Origin: Emiliania huxleyi CCMP1516
Taxonomy: Eukaryota
Assembly (NCBI RefSeq): GCF_000372725.1
Contig: NW_005201421.1
Span: 310,001-374,000, forward strand
Length of the DNA stretch: 64,000 bases
Reading direction: 5' to 3'
The notes under the pieces: model-generated
What the model saw: the letters and a program-made list of their open reading frames with translations, nothing else
Database searches by the model: none
Told to the model about the DNA's origin: nothing
Part shown: one piece after another, positions 1 through 11,687 of the stretch
Position numbering within the stretch: the first letter of the stretch is position 1
Layout: every line of letters starts with the position of its first letter
Program-made: the position numbers and the translations under genes

Positions 1-1778
1 CCGCCGCCCTTCTTCTTCTTCTTCTTCTTGCCCTTCTTGCTCTCCTTGGCGCGCTCCGCCTCCTTCTCCGCCGCCTCCTCCGCCAGCAGCGCCTCGGCAT
101 GCCGCGTCGCCTCCGCCTCCGCCGCCGCTCTCTCCGCCTCCCTCGCCGCTGCCTTCGCCGCCGCCTCCGCTGCCGCCTCCGCCGCCGCGTGCTCCTCGAG
201 GGCGCGCACGCACCCGGCGTGGCCTTTCTCCTTGGCCATCTGCAGCGCCGTCCTGCCGCTCGCAGAGCACAACGCCGCGTCTGCGCCCGCCCGCAACAGG
301 TGGAGGACGACGGCGGAGTGGTCGGAGAAGCCGGCGGCGTACATCAGCGCGGTGAAGCCGAGGTCGTTCTGCAGATTGGTCTCCGCCCTGTGCTGCAACA
401 GCAGATCGACCACCCGCTCGTGGCCCTCCTGGGCGGCGTACATCAGCGGGACGTAGCCGTCGTTGTCCTGCTTGTTGATCTCCGCCCCGCGCTGCAGCAG
501 CAAGTCGACCACCCGCTCGTGGCCGTTGCCGGCGGCGCACATCAGCGCGGTGTCGCCTCTGCTGTTCTGCAAGTCGATCTCTGCGCCGCGCTGCAGCAGC
601 ATGTCGACCACCCCCTCTTGGCCCTTCTGGGCGGCAAGCATCAGCGCGGTGAGGCCGCTTACATTGTCTACCCCGCAAGTCGCGTTGACCCGCCCGCCGC
701 TATCAAGCCACGCCAGCAGCGCCGCCTCTTCGCCTCGCGCAGCCGCTTGCCTGACGTCCATGGCAAGGCTGCCCGGTGAGCCGGAAGAGGCCGCGGCCCT
801 CGCTCCCGCCGCTGCCTCGCCCGAGGGAGCGCCACCCGCGCCGTCCGCCGCCTCGCGCTGGCTCGCAGTCACCTCCTCGATGTGCTGCCGGAAGGCGCCG
901 ACGCACGCTGCGTGACCCTCCTCCTTGGCATACTGCAGCGCGGACTTGCCGTCTTCAGAGCGCAGCGCCGCGTCTGCGCCCGACCGCAGCAGGCGGAGCA
1001 CGATGGCGGGGCAGCCTTCGCTAGCGGCGCACATCAGCGCGGTTTCGCCGTCGACGTCCTGAAAGTCGATCTCCGCGCCGCGCTGCAGCAGCAGCTCGAC
1101 CACCCGCTCGTGGGCTTGGCCGGCGGCGCCCATCAGCGCGGTGCCGCCGTTGCCGTCATGCAAGTCGACCTCTGCGCCGTGCAGAAGCAGCAACTCGACC
1201 ACCCGCTCGTCGCCGGAGCTGGCGGCGACCATCAGCGCGGTGTTGCCAAAGTCGTTCTGCACGTTGATCTCCGCGCCGCGCTGCAACACGAGATCGACCA
1301 CCCGCTCGCGGCCGTTGCCGGCGGCGACCCACAGCGCGGTGCTGCCGTTGCCGTCCTGCTTGTTGATCTCCGCCCCGCGCTGCAGCAGCAAGTCGACCAC
1401 CCGCTCGTGGCCGTTGCCGGCGGCGCACGTCAGCGCGGTGACGCCTCTGCTGTTCTGCAAGTCGATCTCTGCGCCGCGCTGCAGCAGCAGCTCGACCGAC
1501 GGCTCGCGGCCGTTGCCGGCGGCGAACATCAGCACGGTGTGGCCGTCGCCGCTCTGCAAGTGACGCCACTCATCTCGCCGCTCTGCAAGTGACGCCACAG
1601 TGACGCCACTCATCTCGCCCTCCCCGCAAGTCGCGTTGACCCGCCCGCCGCAATCAAGCCACGCCAGCACCGCCGCCTCGTCGCCTCGTCCAGCCACCAA
1701 CGCCTCTACGACGCGCGCCAGCGCCGTCTCTGGCACCTCCGGCGGCGACGCGTCATGATTTGCGGCAAAAGGCATCAT
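1..1778 (-). CDS. Ankyrin-repeat protein with two ANK blocks and an Ala/Glu-rich coil; 3' end runs off the window
   Basis: Manual minus-strand translation from ATG 1778 (MMPFAANHDASPPEV) stays open to base 1. It has about 10 repeats of G.TAL..AA.NGHERVV.LLLQRGAEI, then EAAAEAAAKAAARE...KKGKKKKKK. It is missing from the ORF track because there is no stop in the window. Confidence 0.88.
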   Translation of the reverse strand, partial: MMPFAANHDASPPEVPETALARVVEALVAGRGDEAAVLAWLDCGGRVNATCGEGEMSGVTVASLAERRDEWRHLQSGDGHTVLMFAAGNGREPSVELLLQRGAEIDLQNSRGVTALTCAAGNGHERVVDLLLQRGAEINKQDGNGSTALWVAAGNGRERVVDLVLQRGAEINVQNDFGNTALMVAASSGDERVVELLLLHGAEVDLHDGNGGTALMGAAGQAHERVVELLLQRGAEIDFQDVDGETALMCAASEGCPAIVLRLLRSGADAALRSEDGKSALQYAKEEGHAACVGAFRQHIEEVTASQREAADGAGGAPSGEAAAGARAAASSGSPGSLAMDVRQAAARGEEAALLAWLDSGGRVNATCGVDNVSGLTALMLAAQKGQEGVVDMLLQRGAEIDLQNSRGDTALMCAAGNGHERVVDLLLQRGAEINKQDNDGYVPLMYAAQEGHERVVDLLLQHRAETNLQNDLGFTALMYAAGFSDHSAVVLHLLRAGADAALCSASGRTALQMAKEKGHAGCVRALEEHAAAEAAAEAAAKAAAREAERAAAEAEATRHAEALLAEEAAEKEAERAKESKKGKKKKKKKGG

Positions 1779-2004
1779 TTGATACCAGGGACGACAGGGC
1801 ACGGCGGCGCGCAGGTTTTCTTTTTCGAGGCTAAGTATGATGAACACATCTCATGCACTGGCTGGACATCAGTTCCGAGCACCACTTTACCTCAGTCAAA
1901 GTGCGGGTTGCACAAAAGAGCGCAAGACGCCGCGCGGGGGGTACGTGGATCCCACCACCCCATGAATCATGCAGTACATTGGACACAAAACGGCCACTAC
2001 TAAA

Positions 2005-4916
2005 CTAGCGCCCGGGCGCCGCCGCCAGCACGGGCGGCGCGGCTGCGCCCGCCGCGCTACAGCGCAGCGGCGCCACGCCGGCCGTCTCCGCGGGCGGCTT
2101 GGCGGCGCGCTGGGTCGGCGCCTGCGGCCACCAGTTCGCCTCGCCGAGCAGCGCCATGGCGGCGGGCACGAGCAGGGGCCGCATCACAAACGTGTCGGCG
2201 AGCACCGCGAAGACGAGGTAGAAGGCCACCATGTCGAGCGTCGGGTTGGCCGAGAAGAGCAGCCCCGAAAAGGCGATGGCCATGATGAGGCCCGCCGAGG
2301 AGATGATGGAGCCGGTCGAGGTGACGCCGTGCCGGATCGCCTGCTGCGTGGTCGCGCCCTTGCCGCGCAGCTCGGCGACGCGCGCGAGCAGGAAGATGTC
2401 GTAGTCGAGCGAGATGCCGACCAGGATGGGGAGCGAGATCACGGGCACGAGCCACATCTGCGAGTCGGTCCGCGCCAGCCCGCCCAGCCCGGTCCACTCG
2501 AGCCAGCCGTGCTGGTAGGTGAGCACCGCCGCGCCGTACGCCCACGTGACGGTGACGCCGATCGAGACCACCGAGCGGAGCGGGATGACGAGCGAGCCAA
2601 ACGTGCAGCCGACGAGCAGCAGCACCAGCAGCGCCATCACCGCGACCATCACGGGCATCAGGGCGAAGACCGCGTCCTTGCAGTCGTAGATGTCGCCCGG
2701 CACGCCGGAGATGGAGGCATCGATGTCGAATGTGACCGAGACGCGCGCGAGGGTGTCGCGCGCCGCGTGCAGCCACGCGTCGCCCTCGGCGCCGAGCGGG
2801 TCGACGTCCATCACGACCATCGCCATCGCGGCGCTCCCGTCGTCGTTGAGGAAGCGCCGCTTCGCGTAGCGCAGCCCGGCGCAGAGCGGGCCGAGCGGGT
2901 CGCCGCCCGCGGCGAGCGGCGCGAAGAGCTGCTCCGCGAGGCCACCGGCGGCGCGCAGAGCCTCGCGCCGCTTGGCTCCGAGCGAGGCGAGAGACGGAGA
3001 GGGCGGCGACGCCTCCAGCGCGGCTCCGTCGGCCGGGCGGTGCGGCACGAGCTCGCACGTCTCGTAGAGCAGCCACGGGACGGGCGTGCCGCTCTTGTAC
3101 GCGAGCGAGTCGATCTCGAAGCCGGCGCCGCCGCCGCCGCCGACGCGCAGCGCCGGCTCCGCCTCGAACTCAGCGAGCGCGCTGGCGACGGAAGAGAAGA
3201 AGTGGCGCGAGGTGGCGGAGCCGGTGCGCGGCCGCAGCAGGATGGAGTACGGGTTGAGGTGGCCGGCGCCGAACTCGCGCCCCATCCGCTCGAAAGCGGC
3301 GCCGAGCGCAGAGCCGCGAGGGATGGCTTGGTCCCAGCCGTCTGTCGTGGCGAGCGTGGTGGCGGTGAGGCCGAGCGGCACCGTCAGGCCGAGCAGCGCG
3401 GCGACGCAGAGCAGGTTGAGCGGCCAGCGCGTCGTGAGGCCGCTCAGCCGCCACCAGAAGCGCTGCGGGCAGCTCAACGCCTCCGGGGCAGGCAGCGCCG
3501 ACCGCCTGTCGCCGCCCTGGTCTGTGGCGGCAGTGAGGCGCTCAAAGGCGGAGTCGAGGGTCGGCCCCTGCGGCGCGGCGCCGCCCTCTTCGAGCGATGC
3601 GAGCGGCGGCGGCGAGTCGTCGTCGGCGTAGCGGCGGCGGCAGAGCGCGGCGAGCGGGCCGCAGCAGCAGGGCTCGCGCGCACCAAAGAAGGCGGGGAAG
3701 GAGAGCAGGAGGGCGGGGACGAGGGAGAGGTTGACGGCGAGGACGAGGAGGAGGGCGAGGGTGCAGCCGATGCCGAGCGAGGAGATGACCTGCTCGCGCG
3801 AGAGGGGGAGTGAGCTCTCTCGGGGTGAGGAGCAGAGGGGGAGTGAGCTCTCTCGGGGTGAGGAGCAGAGGGAGTGTGAGCTCTCTCGGGGTGAGGAGCA
3901 GAGGGAGGCGGCGGCGAGGGCACCGAGATGGGGAAGAAGAGGAGCGCGACGAAGGATGCGGCGAGGGTGAGGCCGGAGACGAGGACGGTCATGCCGGCGG
4001 TCTGGAGCGTCACCTCGACGGCGGCGGGCACCGACCTGCCCTGGAGCCGCTCCTGCCGGAAGCGGGTGAGTAGGAAGAGCGCGTAGTCGATACTCATCGC
4101 GATCAGAATCGACATCATCAGCGAGGGCGTGATCGTGAAGATGGGCGTCGCGCGGGCAATCAGCGCCGTGATGCCAAAGGCGCCGGCGGCGGCGACGCCG
4201 ATGGTGAGGAGCGGCACGAGCAGCAGGCGGAAGGAGCCGATGACGCCCGCGAGGATGGCGAAGGAGAGCGGCAGCACGATCGCGTCCATGTGCTCCAGGT
4301 CGCTCATCGCGGTGTCGGCAGCCTCCTCGATGATGAGCGGGGCGCCGAGGAGGTCGACCTCGAGCGAGGAGCCGTGTGCCGCCTGCAGCTCGTCCACCCG
4401 CTCCTCGAGCCAGTGCAGGTAGTCGATGGTCGGCTGGTCCGTCATGTAGGTGGAGCACTCCAACTCGATCAGAGTCGACGACGACGAGTTGGAGACAAAG
4501 CTGGGAGCGAGGTCCTGCGGCCGCATCCCGAGCTTGAGGAGCGGGTAGTAGCCGGCGACGTCGTGCGTCAGCGAGTGGTTGCGCGCGACGGCCTCGAGCG
4601 TGTCCGACGCCGCCCGCGCGTCGGCCGACTCGAGCACTGAAGAGCCGTCCCGCGTGGAGAGGAGGACGACAAACTGCGTCGCGCGGCCGGCGACGGGGAA
4701 CTGCGCCTGCAGCGCCGCGTTGGCCTGGTGCGCCGCACTCGACGGAGGCGGCGTGAACTCTTGCGTCGTCGCCGAGAAGATGCCGGGAGCGAACGGCGCA
4801 GTCGCTGCGAGAAAAACGAGCCAGAAGGCAACGACCAGGCGGCTCCGCCGCTTGATGAGCCGAGCGTACGAGCGGATCGCTGTGGCGATGAGAGAGTCCT
4901 CGGAGACGGCCACCAT
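2005..4916 (-). CDS. MMPL/RND-superfamily multi-pass transporter (2 exons; intron 3790-3923)
   Basis: Two homologous halves carry the TM4/TM10-type motifs AMSIDYALFLLTRFRQE and GISLDYDIFLLARVAE, and the C-terminus has LLGEANWWP. A GT...CAG intron joins ORFs 3474..5147 and 2005..4935. Confidence 0.88.
3811..3905. repeat. Intronic tandem repeat, ~27-33 bp x3
   Basis: tgagctctctcggggtgaggagcagaggg occurs three times inside the MMPL intron. Confidence 0.85.
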
Positions 4917-5377
4917 TGTTTTTGGGTTCTGGCAAGCACAGGCCGAAGAGTGTGCACAGGGCCGAGTGTGTCGCCCTTGGCTGCTTTGCCGGCCTTGAGG
5001 AGTAACGAAGAGAAATCCGCGGCCCCCTAGTGGCCTCGGCTTCGCCGCTCGCCGCAGGGGCTGCTGCAAGCTGAAGCTAATTGACGACCTGCTCCGCCGT
5101 GAAAGAACCGAACCTGGGTCTTCATCGACATCGTCCTCGGTCCTCAACCTGGATCCTGGTTCTTCCCCTCTTCTTTTCGAGGAGCAGGAGGCGAGCGAGG
5201 AGCGCAGCCCCGCCGCGGAGGGGGAACAGTTGTGTAGTTTGATCTACACATGAGACATGAGCATGTCACGTGGCGGCGGCGGCGGCCCCAGCGAGATCCC
5301 AGGGTGCTGAAGTGTGCCACACGCCACCCACCCGCCGGGGCGAGAGCCGACGGGCGCGGCAATTTTTTTCTCGCCCC

Positions 5378-6175
5378 TCATAGCCCCGCCGCGTCGGCGC
5401 GCATTTTTGCCTGCAGCTGCTTGAGCGGCGCGCTGCTCGGGTCGGCCTTGAGCCCCAGCGCCACCGCCTCGGCCGCCCCCTCGCCGTCGCCCGAAGCGAG
5501 GGCGGCGTCGGCGGCGCGCCACCAGGCCGCGGCGGTGCGGCGCGGCTCCGCGCGCGGCTCCGCCTGCGCCGCCAGCCTCGCGTCGCGCGCCGCCTCCCAG
5601 TGCCGGCCGAGGGCGCGGTGCGCGGCGGAGCGGTTGTAGTAGAGGGCGGCGACGGCGCGCGCATTGGGCGGCTCGAGCGCGAGGGCCTGGGTGTAGGTGG
5701 CGGCCGCGTTCGCGTGCAGCCCCGCGTGCTGGTGCCGGTTCGCCTCCCGCGTCAGCCGGAGCACCTTGGACTTGAGCTCGCCAGGGTCGATGACGAGGTA
5801 CGGCTTGAGCAGCCACTGGGCAACCTCGTGCGCGCTCTCCTCCTCGGCGCTCACTGCCGCGCCGCCGCCGCCGCCGCCGGACGCGTCGCCGCCGGGGCTG
5901 GCATCGACGATGTGGCCGTTGGACGGCGCAGGAGCGGCGGCGGGAGTGGCGGGAGCGGCGGCAGGCGCAGGCGAGGGCGGGAAGAGGGCGTCCGCCAGCG
6001 TGGTGGCGTCGGACGTCTCGATGCCAATCTCGTCCAGGTTCTCGAGCAGCATCTCGCGCCCCATCGAAGTGAGGAGCGCAACGTCGGTGATCGCCTCCTC
6101 GGCAAAGGCGGGCGCGAGCGCCTCGAGGCGGAGCGAGCTGAGCAGATGCGCGAGGTCCGTGCTCACGGAGTCCAT
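5378..6175 (-). CDS. SAM-like domain plus TPR protein
   Basis: N-terminal LAHLLSSLRLEALAPAFAEEAITDVALL...LDEIGI is SAM-like. C-terminal AAATYTQALALEP..ALYYNRSAAHRALG..AWWRAADAALASG..GLKADP is TPR-like. Confidence 0.75.
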   Translation of the reverse strand: MDSVSTDLAHLLSSLRLEALAPAFAEEAITDVALLTSMGREMLLENLDEIGIETSDATTLADALFPPSPAPAAAPATPAAAPAPSNGHIVDASPGGDASGGGGGGAAVSAEEESAHEVAQWLLKPYLVIDPGELKSKVLRLTREANRHQHAGLHANAAATYTQALALEPPNARAVAALYYNRSAAHRALGRHWEAARDARLAAQAEPRAEPRRTAAAWWRAADAALASGDGEGAAEAVALGLKADPSSAPLKQLQAKMRADAAGL

Positions 6176-6404
6176 TGCGGGCGGAGAGGGAGGAGGAGGA
6201 GCTTACGGTACTAGGGGCGTCGACGACGAGGGTCGGCGACACGAGTCGCAGCGGGAGGAAGCGAGCCACACCGGGAGGCTGATGCTCAAAAGAATTTTAC
6301 CACTAACTCCCTCGCACCACACTGGGCGAGAGACTGCGAAAAGAGATAGGAAGAGGCAGACCCCCTAGGGTGGGCGACGGCTAGCGCATCACACCCCTCT
6401 CCTT

Positions 6405-6464
6405 AAAATCCCTGTGTGGTGGCGGCGTGCCGTCCTCCCATCCCTCCCTTGGGTTGTCTGTTTT
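6405..6464 (+). mobile_element. Family-1 short repeat (retroelement-like 3' end); related copy at 7814-7864
   Basis: aaatccctg..tgtggtggcggcgtgccgtcctcccatccctcccttgggttgtctgtttt is shared with 7814-7864, 8010-8054, 14288-14331 and 34960-34995. Confidence 0.7.
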
Positions 6465-6526
6465 GGCGGCTCGAGAGGGATTCGTGTCCGTTTCTTCTGA
6501 TTCTCACTCTCCTTTTCCGGTTCTGC

Positions 6527-7760
6527 CTACTCGATCTGATTCTGCCCGTCCCCTTTCCACGCACTCAGCCTCCGGGCAAGCGCCTCCAGCCGCGGCAATG
6601 CCTCAGCGAGCGGCATCCGCTTTCTCTTCCGCTCGTATGCCAACCCGACCACGAGCCGCGTCAGCTCCTCGGCCTGCGCCGCCGACCAGCCCGCGTCGGC
6701 CGCCGCGATGCTCTCCGCCGTGTCGGGCTCCTCCAGCGCATCGTCGCACGCGTTGAGCAAGCCGACGGCACCGCGGCCAGTCAGGCTGACGAGCAGCGTG
6801 ATGCCGAGCGCAAAGCCATCAGTGAGCTGCGAAGCCTGGTTGTCGTGCATGATGATCGAGTCCATGTAGCCGGGCTTCCCAAAGATACGCTGCGTCGACA
6901 GGTGCGAGACCTGTGCATTGCTGCCGGGCGTCGCCTCTGCCGCGCGCGCGAGGCCCACGTCGGCGAGGTATCCGTTGCCGCGCTCGTCGAGCAGGATGTT
7001 GCCCGCCGAGACGTCGCGGTGCAGGATCATCGGAGAGCAGCTGTGCAAGTAGTGCAGCGCGCTCGCTGCGTCGCGCAACACGCGGAGCCGTGCGGCGGAG
7101 GAGAGCGGCGGAGGCGGCGTCTCGAAGCCGAGCATGCGGAGACGCTGCAGCGCGGCTGGCGTGCGGTAGAGGCGATCCTCGAGGCTGCCGCCGCGGCAGA
7201 GGGGGTAGACGAGGCACGCTCTCGCCGGTGCCAAGCAGACGCCGAGGAGAGGGAGGAGGGACGGGTGGGACGCCGCGCTGAGTGTGCGCACCTCGCTCTG
7301 CAGCTCGGCGAGGCCTTGGGCGCCGACACCGACCAGCGCCGTCTTGACAGCGAACCCGCAAGCGACGCGCGGGAGCGACGGCAACGCGTCGCAGCGGTAG
7401 ACGCGCCCAAAGCCTCCCTCGCCCACCTTGCGCGCCTCGGCAAAACCCTCGGTCGCCGCGATGAGCTCTTCGAGAGGGACGGCGGCGGGCGGCGCGGCGG
7501 CGGCGGCGAGGGCGGCGACACTCGACGCCGCCTCCGCCGCCGCCGCTGCCTCCGCTGCCGCCTCCGCTGCCGCCGCCTCTTGAGCCTCCGCCGCCGCCAC
7601 GGCCGCCACGGCCGCCTCTACAGCCGCCGCCTCCGCCGCCACCTCCGCCGCCTCCGCCTCCGCCCTCCTCCTCGCCTCCTCCCTCTCCCTTGCCGCCTCC
7701 TCCCTTGCCCTCGCCTCTGCCTCCTCCCTTGCCCGCGACGCCGCCTCCGCCGCCACGATC
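6527..7760 (-). CDS. Pelle/IRAK/RLK-like protein kinase with N-terminal Ala/Glu coil; probably 5'-truncated
   Basis: Motifs LEELIAATEGF..KVGEGGFGRVY, FAVK, HRDVSAGNILLD, ADVGLAR, FGKPGYMD and DGFALG. The track ATG at 7906 lies beyond a repeat copy (7814-7864), so the native start is not visible. Confidence 0.8.
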
Positions 7761-8009
7761 AATACGCGCGCCCGCCAGGAAGGTTGAACGCGCTGCAAAA
7801 AGCAAAATTCGTCAAATCCCTGGCTGATGTGGTGGCGGCGTGCCGTCCTCCCACCCCCCTTGGGGCACAAACGCCAGGCTGCAAACACGGGGAGGCACGT
7901 GGTCATCTCTCATCCCCTGTTCTCCCATCCCTCCCCCGGGTGCCCAACAGGATTCTTCAGTGTTGAGCTCCTACGAAACCGGAATGGGGATTTTTTCCCT
8001 TAGAGTCGT

Positions 8010-8054
8010 AAAAGAAAGAAAGAAAACAGACAACCCAAGGGGGGGATGGGAGGA
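8010..8054 (-). mobile_element. Family-1 insertion with (TTTC)n tail and 13-bp TSD
   Basis: cccttagagtcgt at 7997-8009 and 8055-8067 flanks the motif and its tail. Confidence 0.85.
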
Positions 8055-8253
8055 CCCTTAGAGTCGTCGTATTTATTTTGCAGTCGCACGATTTCTTCAT
8101 TTGCGGGCAGGCGGAGACTAAAAGCTTTGACAAGCCGCGATCCTCGGAGCCATCGAGCGTTCGCAGGCGGCTCTACGACGACGGCCTCGGTGTGGCCGGG
8201 CACACCGCCGCCACACTTGCACAGCCGATTTGGCGTACCGTGCGCCATCGCTC

Positions 8254-11184
8254 ATGCCGGACGCTCTTATCGATGTGCCGCACCGGGTGCAGCTTCCAGG
8301 AACGGCCTGCGCTCTGTACTCTCTCGGCATGGTGATGGACTACTGGCACGCCCACGACTCGGCCAACCCGACGGCGCTCGTGTGCGACAAGGACGAGTCG
8401 CTCCAGCGGCTGGAGCCGCACGTGTCTCGCTTCAGCTGCGCGCCGACGACGCCTCGGCGGCTCCTGGACGTGGCAATCGCCCTCGGCCACACGCACAACG
8501 GCTCTTGCTGGTCCGCCTCCCACTTGGTGGAGCTGGCCGCGTCGTTTGGGTACGCGGCCCGCGCGGTGCACAGGGCCTCGGCCGCTGACCTCAAGGCGGT
8601 CCTCTCCTCGGGCCACCCGCCGCTCGTCATCTTTGACGTTGACCTGTGGACGGGCGACCCGGTGCTCGCCGGGGGCGGCGCGGCGCACGTCGGTGTCGCT
8701 CTCGGGTCTCGCTCCTCCGCATCGCCCGAGCCGTGGCCGCGCGAGCCGGAGCCGCCGCACGCCGCCGACGCCGCCGCTCGAGAGCAGGCGCCGAGCGCCG
8801 TCCCAGCCTCCCTCCACTCCGACTGGGTCGTGGCGAAGCACCCTCAGGCAAGGTCTGCGGCGGCGTACGTCTGGCCGACGGCGGTGCTCGCGGCTTCGAT
8901 GGCGAACGTGGCCCGCACCACCAAGGCGGACTCGCGCCCTCTCCCTCCCGCGCTGCTGCCGCACCTCGCCTGGCAACCCGCGGACGGAGAGGCGGCGCCG
9001 GGCGAGCTGCTACGCGGCGCCGCTACGGCTGTGGGGAGGCGCTGCTCACGTGCTGCTGTGAACAGGCGAGCTGGTGGTGGACCCGTCCCTCCGGCTGGGC
9101 GGCACAGTCGAGGCGGTGCTTGGGCGGGTCCTGAAGGGGTGGGTGCTGGTGACTTGATTGATTGGTCGTTGGTGATTAGGCGGTGCTCGGGCGTGTCCCG
9201 GAGGGCTGGCTGAGACGAGTGAGGCTGCCGGCGGAGGCGGCGGGAGGCGGGGCGGCGGGCAGCGAGGCGGCGGGCAGCGAGGCGGCGGGAGGCGGGGCGG
9301 AGGCGCTTCAGCTGGTGGCGGGCAAGTCCCTCAACATCGAGCGCTGCCTCGGCGGCTGCCTGGTCGAGGTGGTGCCTCGGGGGCACGAGTTCGCCTCCCT
9401 GCCGGCCTCCTCGTCGGCGGTGATCGCCGCTGCGTGCGGCGGGGCTGAGTCGTGCGGCGGGGTAGGGTCGTGCGGCGGGGTAGGGTCGTCGGCGGCCGTC
9501 GGGCGGACGGGCGGCCGCTGCCGCTGCCGCAGCCGGGCAGACCTCCCGCTCTCGTTGCCACCCTGTCCCCGCACTGCACACGCAGCCAGCCGGGCCGCAC
9601 CGAGTCAGACCGGAGGCAACGGCCTCACGCCGCCGCCTCTGGTGTCGCACTTGGCGCCGCCGCCAATCGGACTGCACTCAGCTCGCGCCCAGACGTCCGC
9701 CAATGGCACGCCACCGCCGCCGCCGCCGCCACCGCCGCCACCGCCGCCGCCGCCGAGGCCAGCGGCCAGCACGGTCGGAGCGGCTTCGTCCAGTCGGCTG
9801 GATGTGGTGGGCGCCACGCCACGCTCGCCCCTCTGTGACCCAAGACCGCTCTGTTCCCTACGACCACTCCGTCTCGCTCGCGCGCCTTTCCCACTCCGAC
9901 CGCTCCCCCTGCTTCACCACTCCCGCCACCGCCCACTGCCCCCGCCTGGCAGGTGCTGCACGCGACGCCGATCCCGCCGGCGGTTCGCGAGCCGGAGGAC
10001 GACGAGCCGGCGTGCGGCGCGGCGGCGGCGGAGGCGTGGGTGTTTGGGCGCGCGGTGCGGCTGCGGGTGCCGCACCGCTTCCAGCTCGGCGAGGTCGGGT
10101 GCGGGCTGTACGCCGTGGGAGTGCTGATGGACTACTGGCACGCGCAGGACAGAAGCCACCCCACGGCCCTCGTCAAGCAGATGGACTTGCCCGCCGCCGC
10201 CGAGGGCGCGAGGGCCGCCGCCGCGTGCTTGCGGGACGGAGGCGGCAGCGCGGCGCTGCGCGCGGCGCGGCGGCTGGCGCACCACGCATGGGGAGAGGGG
10301 GAGGGCGAGTTTGTGGAGGAGAGGCTGCTCGACTTGCTCGCGAAGCGGGTGTGTGGGTGCTGCTCCGTACGGCGCTCCTCTTCGCAGTTGCATCACGGCC
10401 CGCACCTCCCTTCTGCAGGTTGGCGGCTCCGTGTACGGCGAGGCGTACGCGTGCGAGTACTTGGCAGAGGTGGCGCGCCTGGTGGGCTACCGCGCGAGGG
10501 TGCACCGCGCCGCCCGCATCGAGGCGCTGTGGGCGTGCCTCGACGCGGGCCACCCCGTGGCGGTCTGCGTCGACATCAACAACACGCGCACCTTCCTCCC
10601 CGACATGCTGGGCGGGCAGCACACCCACTTCGCCGTGGTGCGAGGCCGCCGCGGCTCGGGGAGCGAGACGGCTTGCGCCACTCACGCCCCTCTGCCGCCA
10701 CCAGGTGGAGGGCTACTTCGACGCGGCGCCGTCCGCCGACGAGCGGCCGCGTCGTTTCCTGCTGGTGCAGCAAACCAACCGGCGCGCACCGTCGCCGAGC
10801 GTGTGGCCGCTCGACGTCTTTGAGGCCTCGTGGCGCGGCGGCGGGTGGCGGGGCAGGTACCGCAAGCGGCGCCTTCCGCCGCGGGTTGCGGCGCAGCTGT
10901 CGTGGCGGCTGCCGGAGGCCGCCGCGACCGGCGGCGACGCGGCGGTCGGCGGCAGGGCGGCGCGGGGCGGGCGGCTCGTGCTCGACAGCCGAGCGGAGCC
11001 GCTCGAGGGTGATGCGCTCGCCTCGCTGCACCGCCAGCTGATTGCTGCGGGCGTGCTGCAGCCGACGGGCGAGGCCGACGGCAGCGTGCGGCTGGCGCCC
11101 GGGGCGGAGCTGCACCACCACGACGAGCTGAGGCAGAGCCTCATTGAGGTTGTGCCAGAAGGGCACGCTTTTGCAGGGGTGTGA
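8254..11184 (+). CDS. Multi-exon protein with two papain-like C39/ACTMAP(C19orf54)-like protease domains
   Basis: Domain 1: VPHRVQLPGTACALYSLGMVMDYW...GHPPLVIFDVD...AAH...LVEVVPRGHEFA. Domain 2: VPHRFQLGEVGCGLYAVGVLMDYW...GHPVAVCVDIN...THFAV...LIEVVPEGHAFAGV*. Both keep the Q-x5-C and His. Confidence 0.65.
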
Positions 11185-11687
11185 CCGCGCATGTGATCGG
11201 AGGAGTGCGCCCATGCCACTGTGGGATTTCTCAAGGTTTTATCTTATGTGATGCATGTGAAATGGGCCCGAGCCGCGAGCGAGCGAGAGCAAGTGCCACG
11301 CAGGAGATAACCGTTCTGCTCGTGGAGGTACCCTGTGTGTGTGCGGTGGAGTACCCGAGTGCCGAGAGACGAGAGTGGAGAGAGCGGGCCGGGAGAGACG
11401 CGTCGCGAGCTCTAAGACACTAAGAGAGCAAACTCCAAAACATGGAACTTCACCAACTTCAATCTCGGAACCCCGAGAGACGTACCTCGCGCTCGCCGCA
11501 GTCGCCGCCGCTCTCTCACGAGGGCATATCGACACTCGGGGCACTTACTGCTTACGGCTTTACGCCGCGCAATTGATTTGTGAACGTAGCGGCGAGTGGT
11601 CGCTGGCGCGGTGGGCGCGCTCGCGGTTGGATCGCGTGGATGGCGGATGCGTGTCGTGTGTCGATGGACGAGTGTTCTAAATCGTCC

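Noticed and set aside
1546..1620. Local duplications in the ankyrin gene suggesting a frameshift
   Set aside because: Manual translation shows the reading frame is preserved.
28..5147. Long Arg/Ala/Pro-rich ORFs opposite or overlapping real genes (here and throughout)
   Set aside because: Shadow ORFs caused by high GC and codon bias; no domain motifs.
6432..8055. 33-bp inverted repeats around the kinase read as TIRs of a kinase-carrying DNA transposon
   Set aside because: The right copy has its own 13-bp TSD and tail, so it is an independent insertion.
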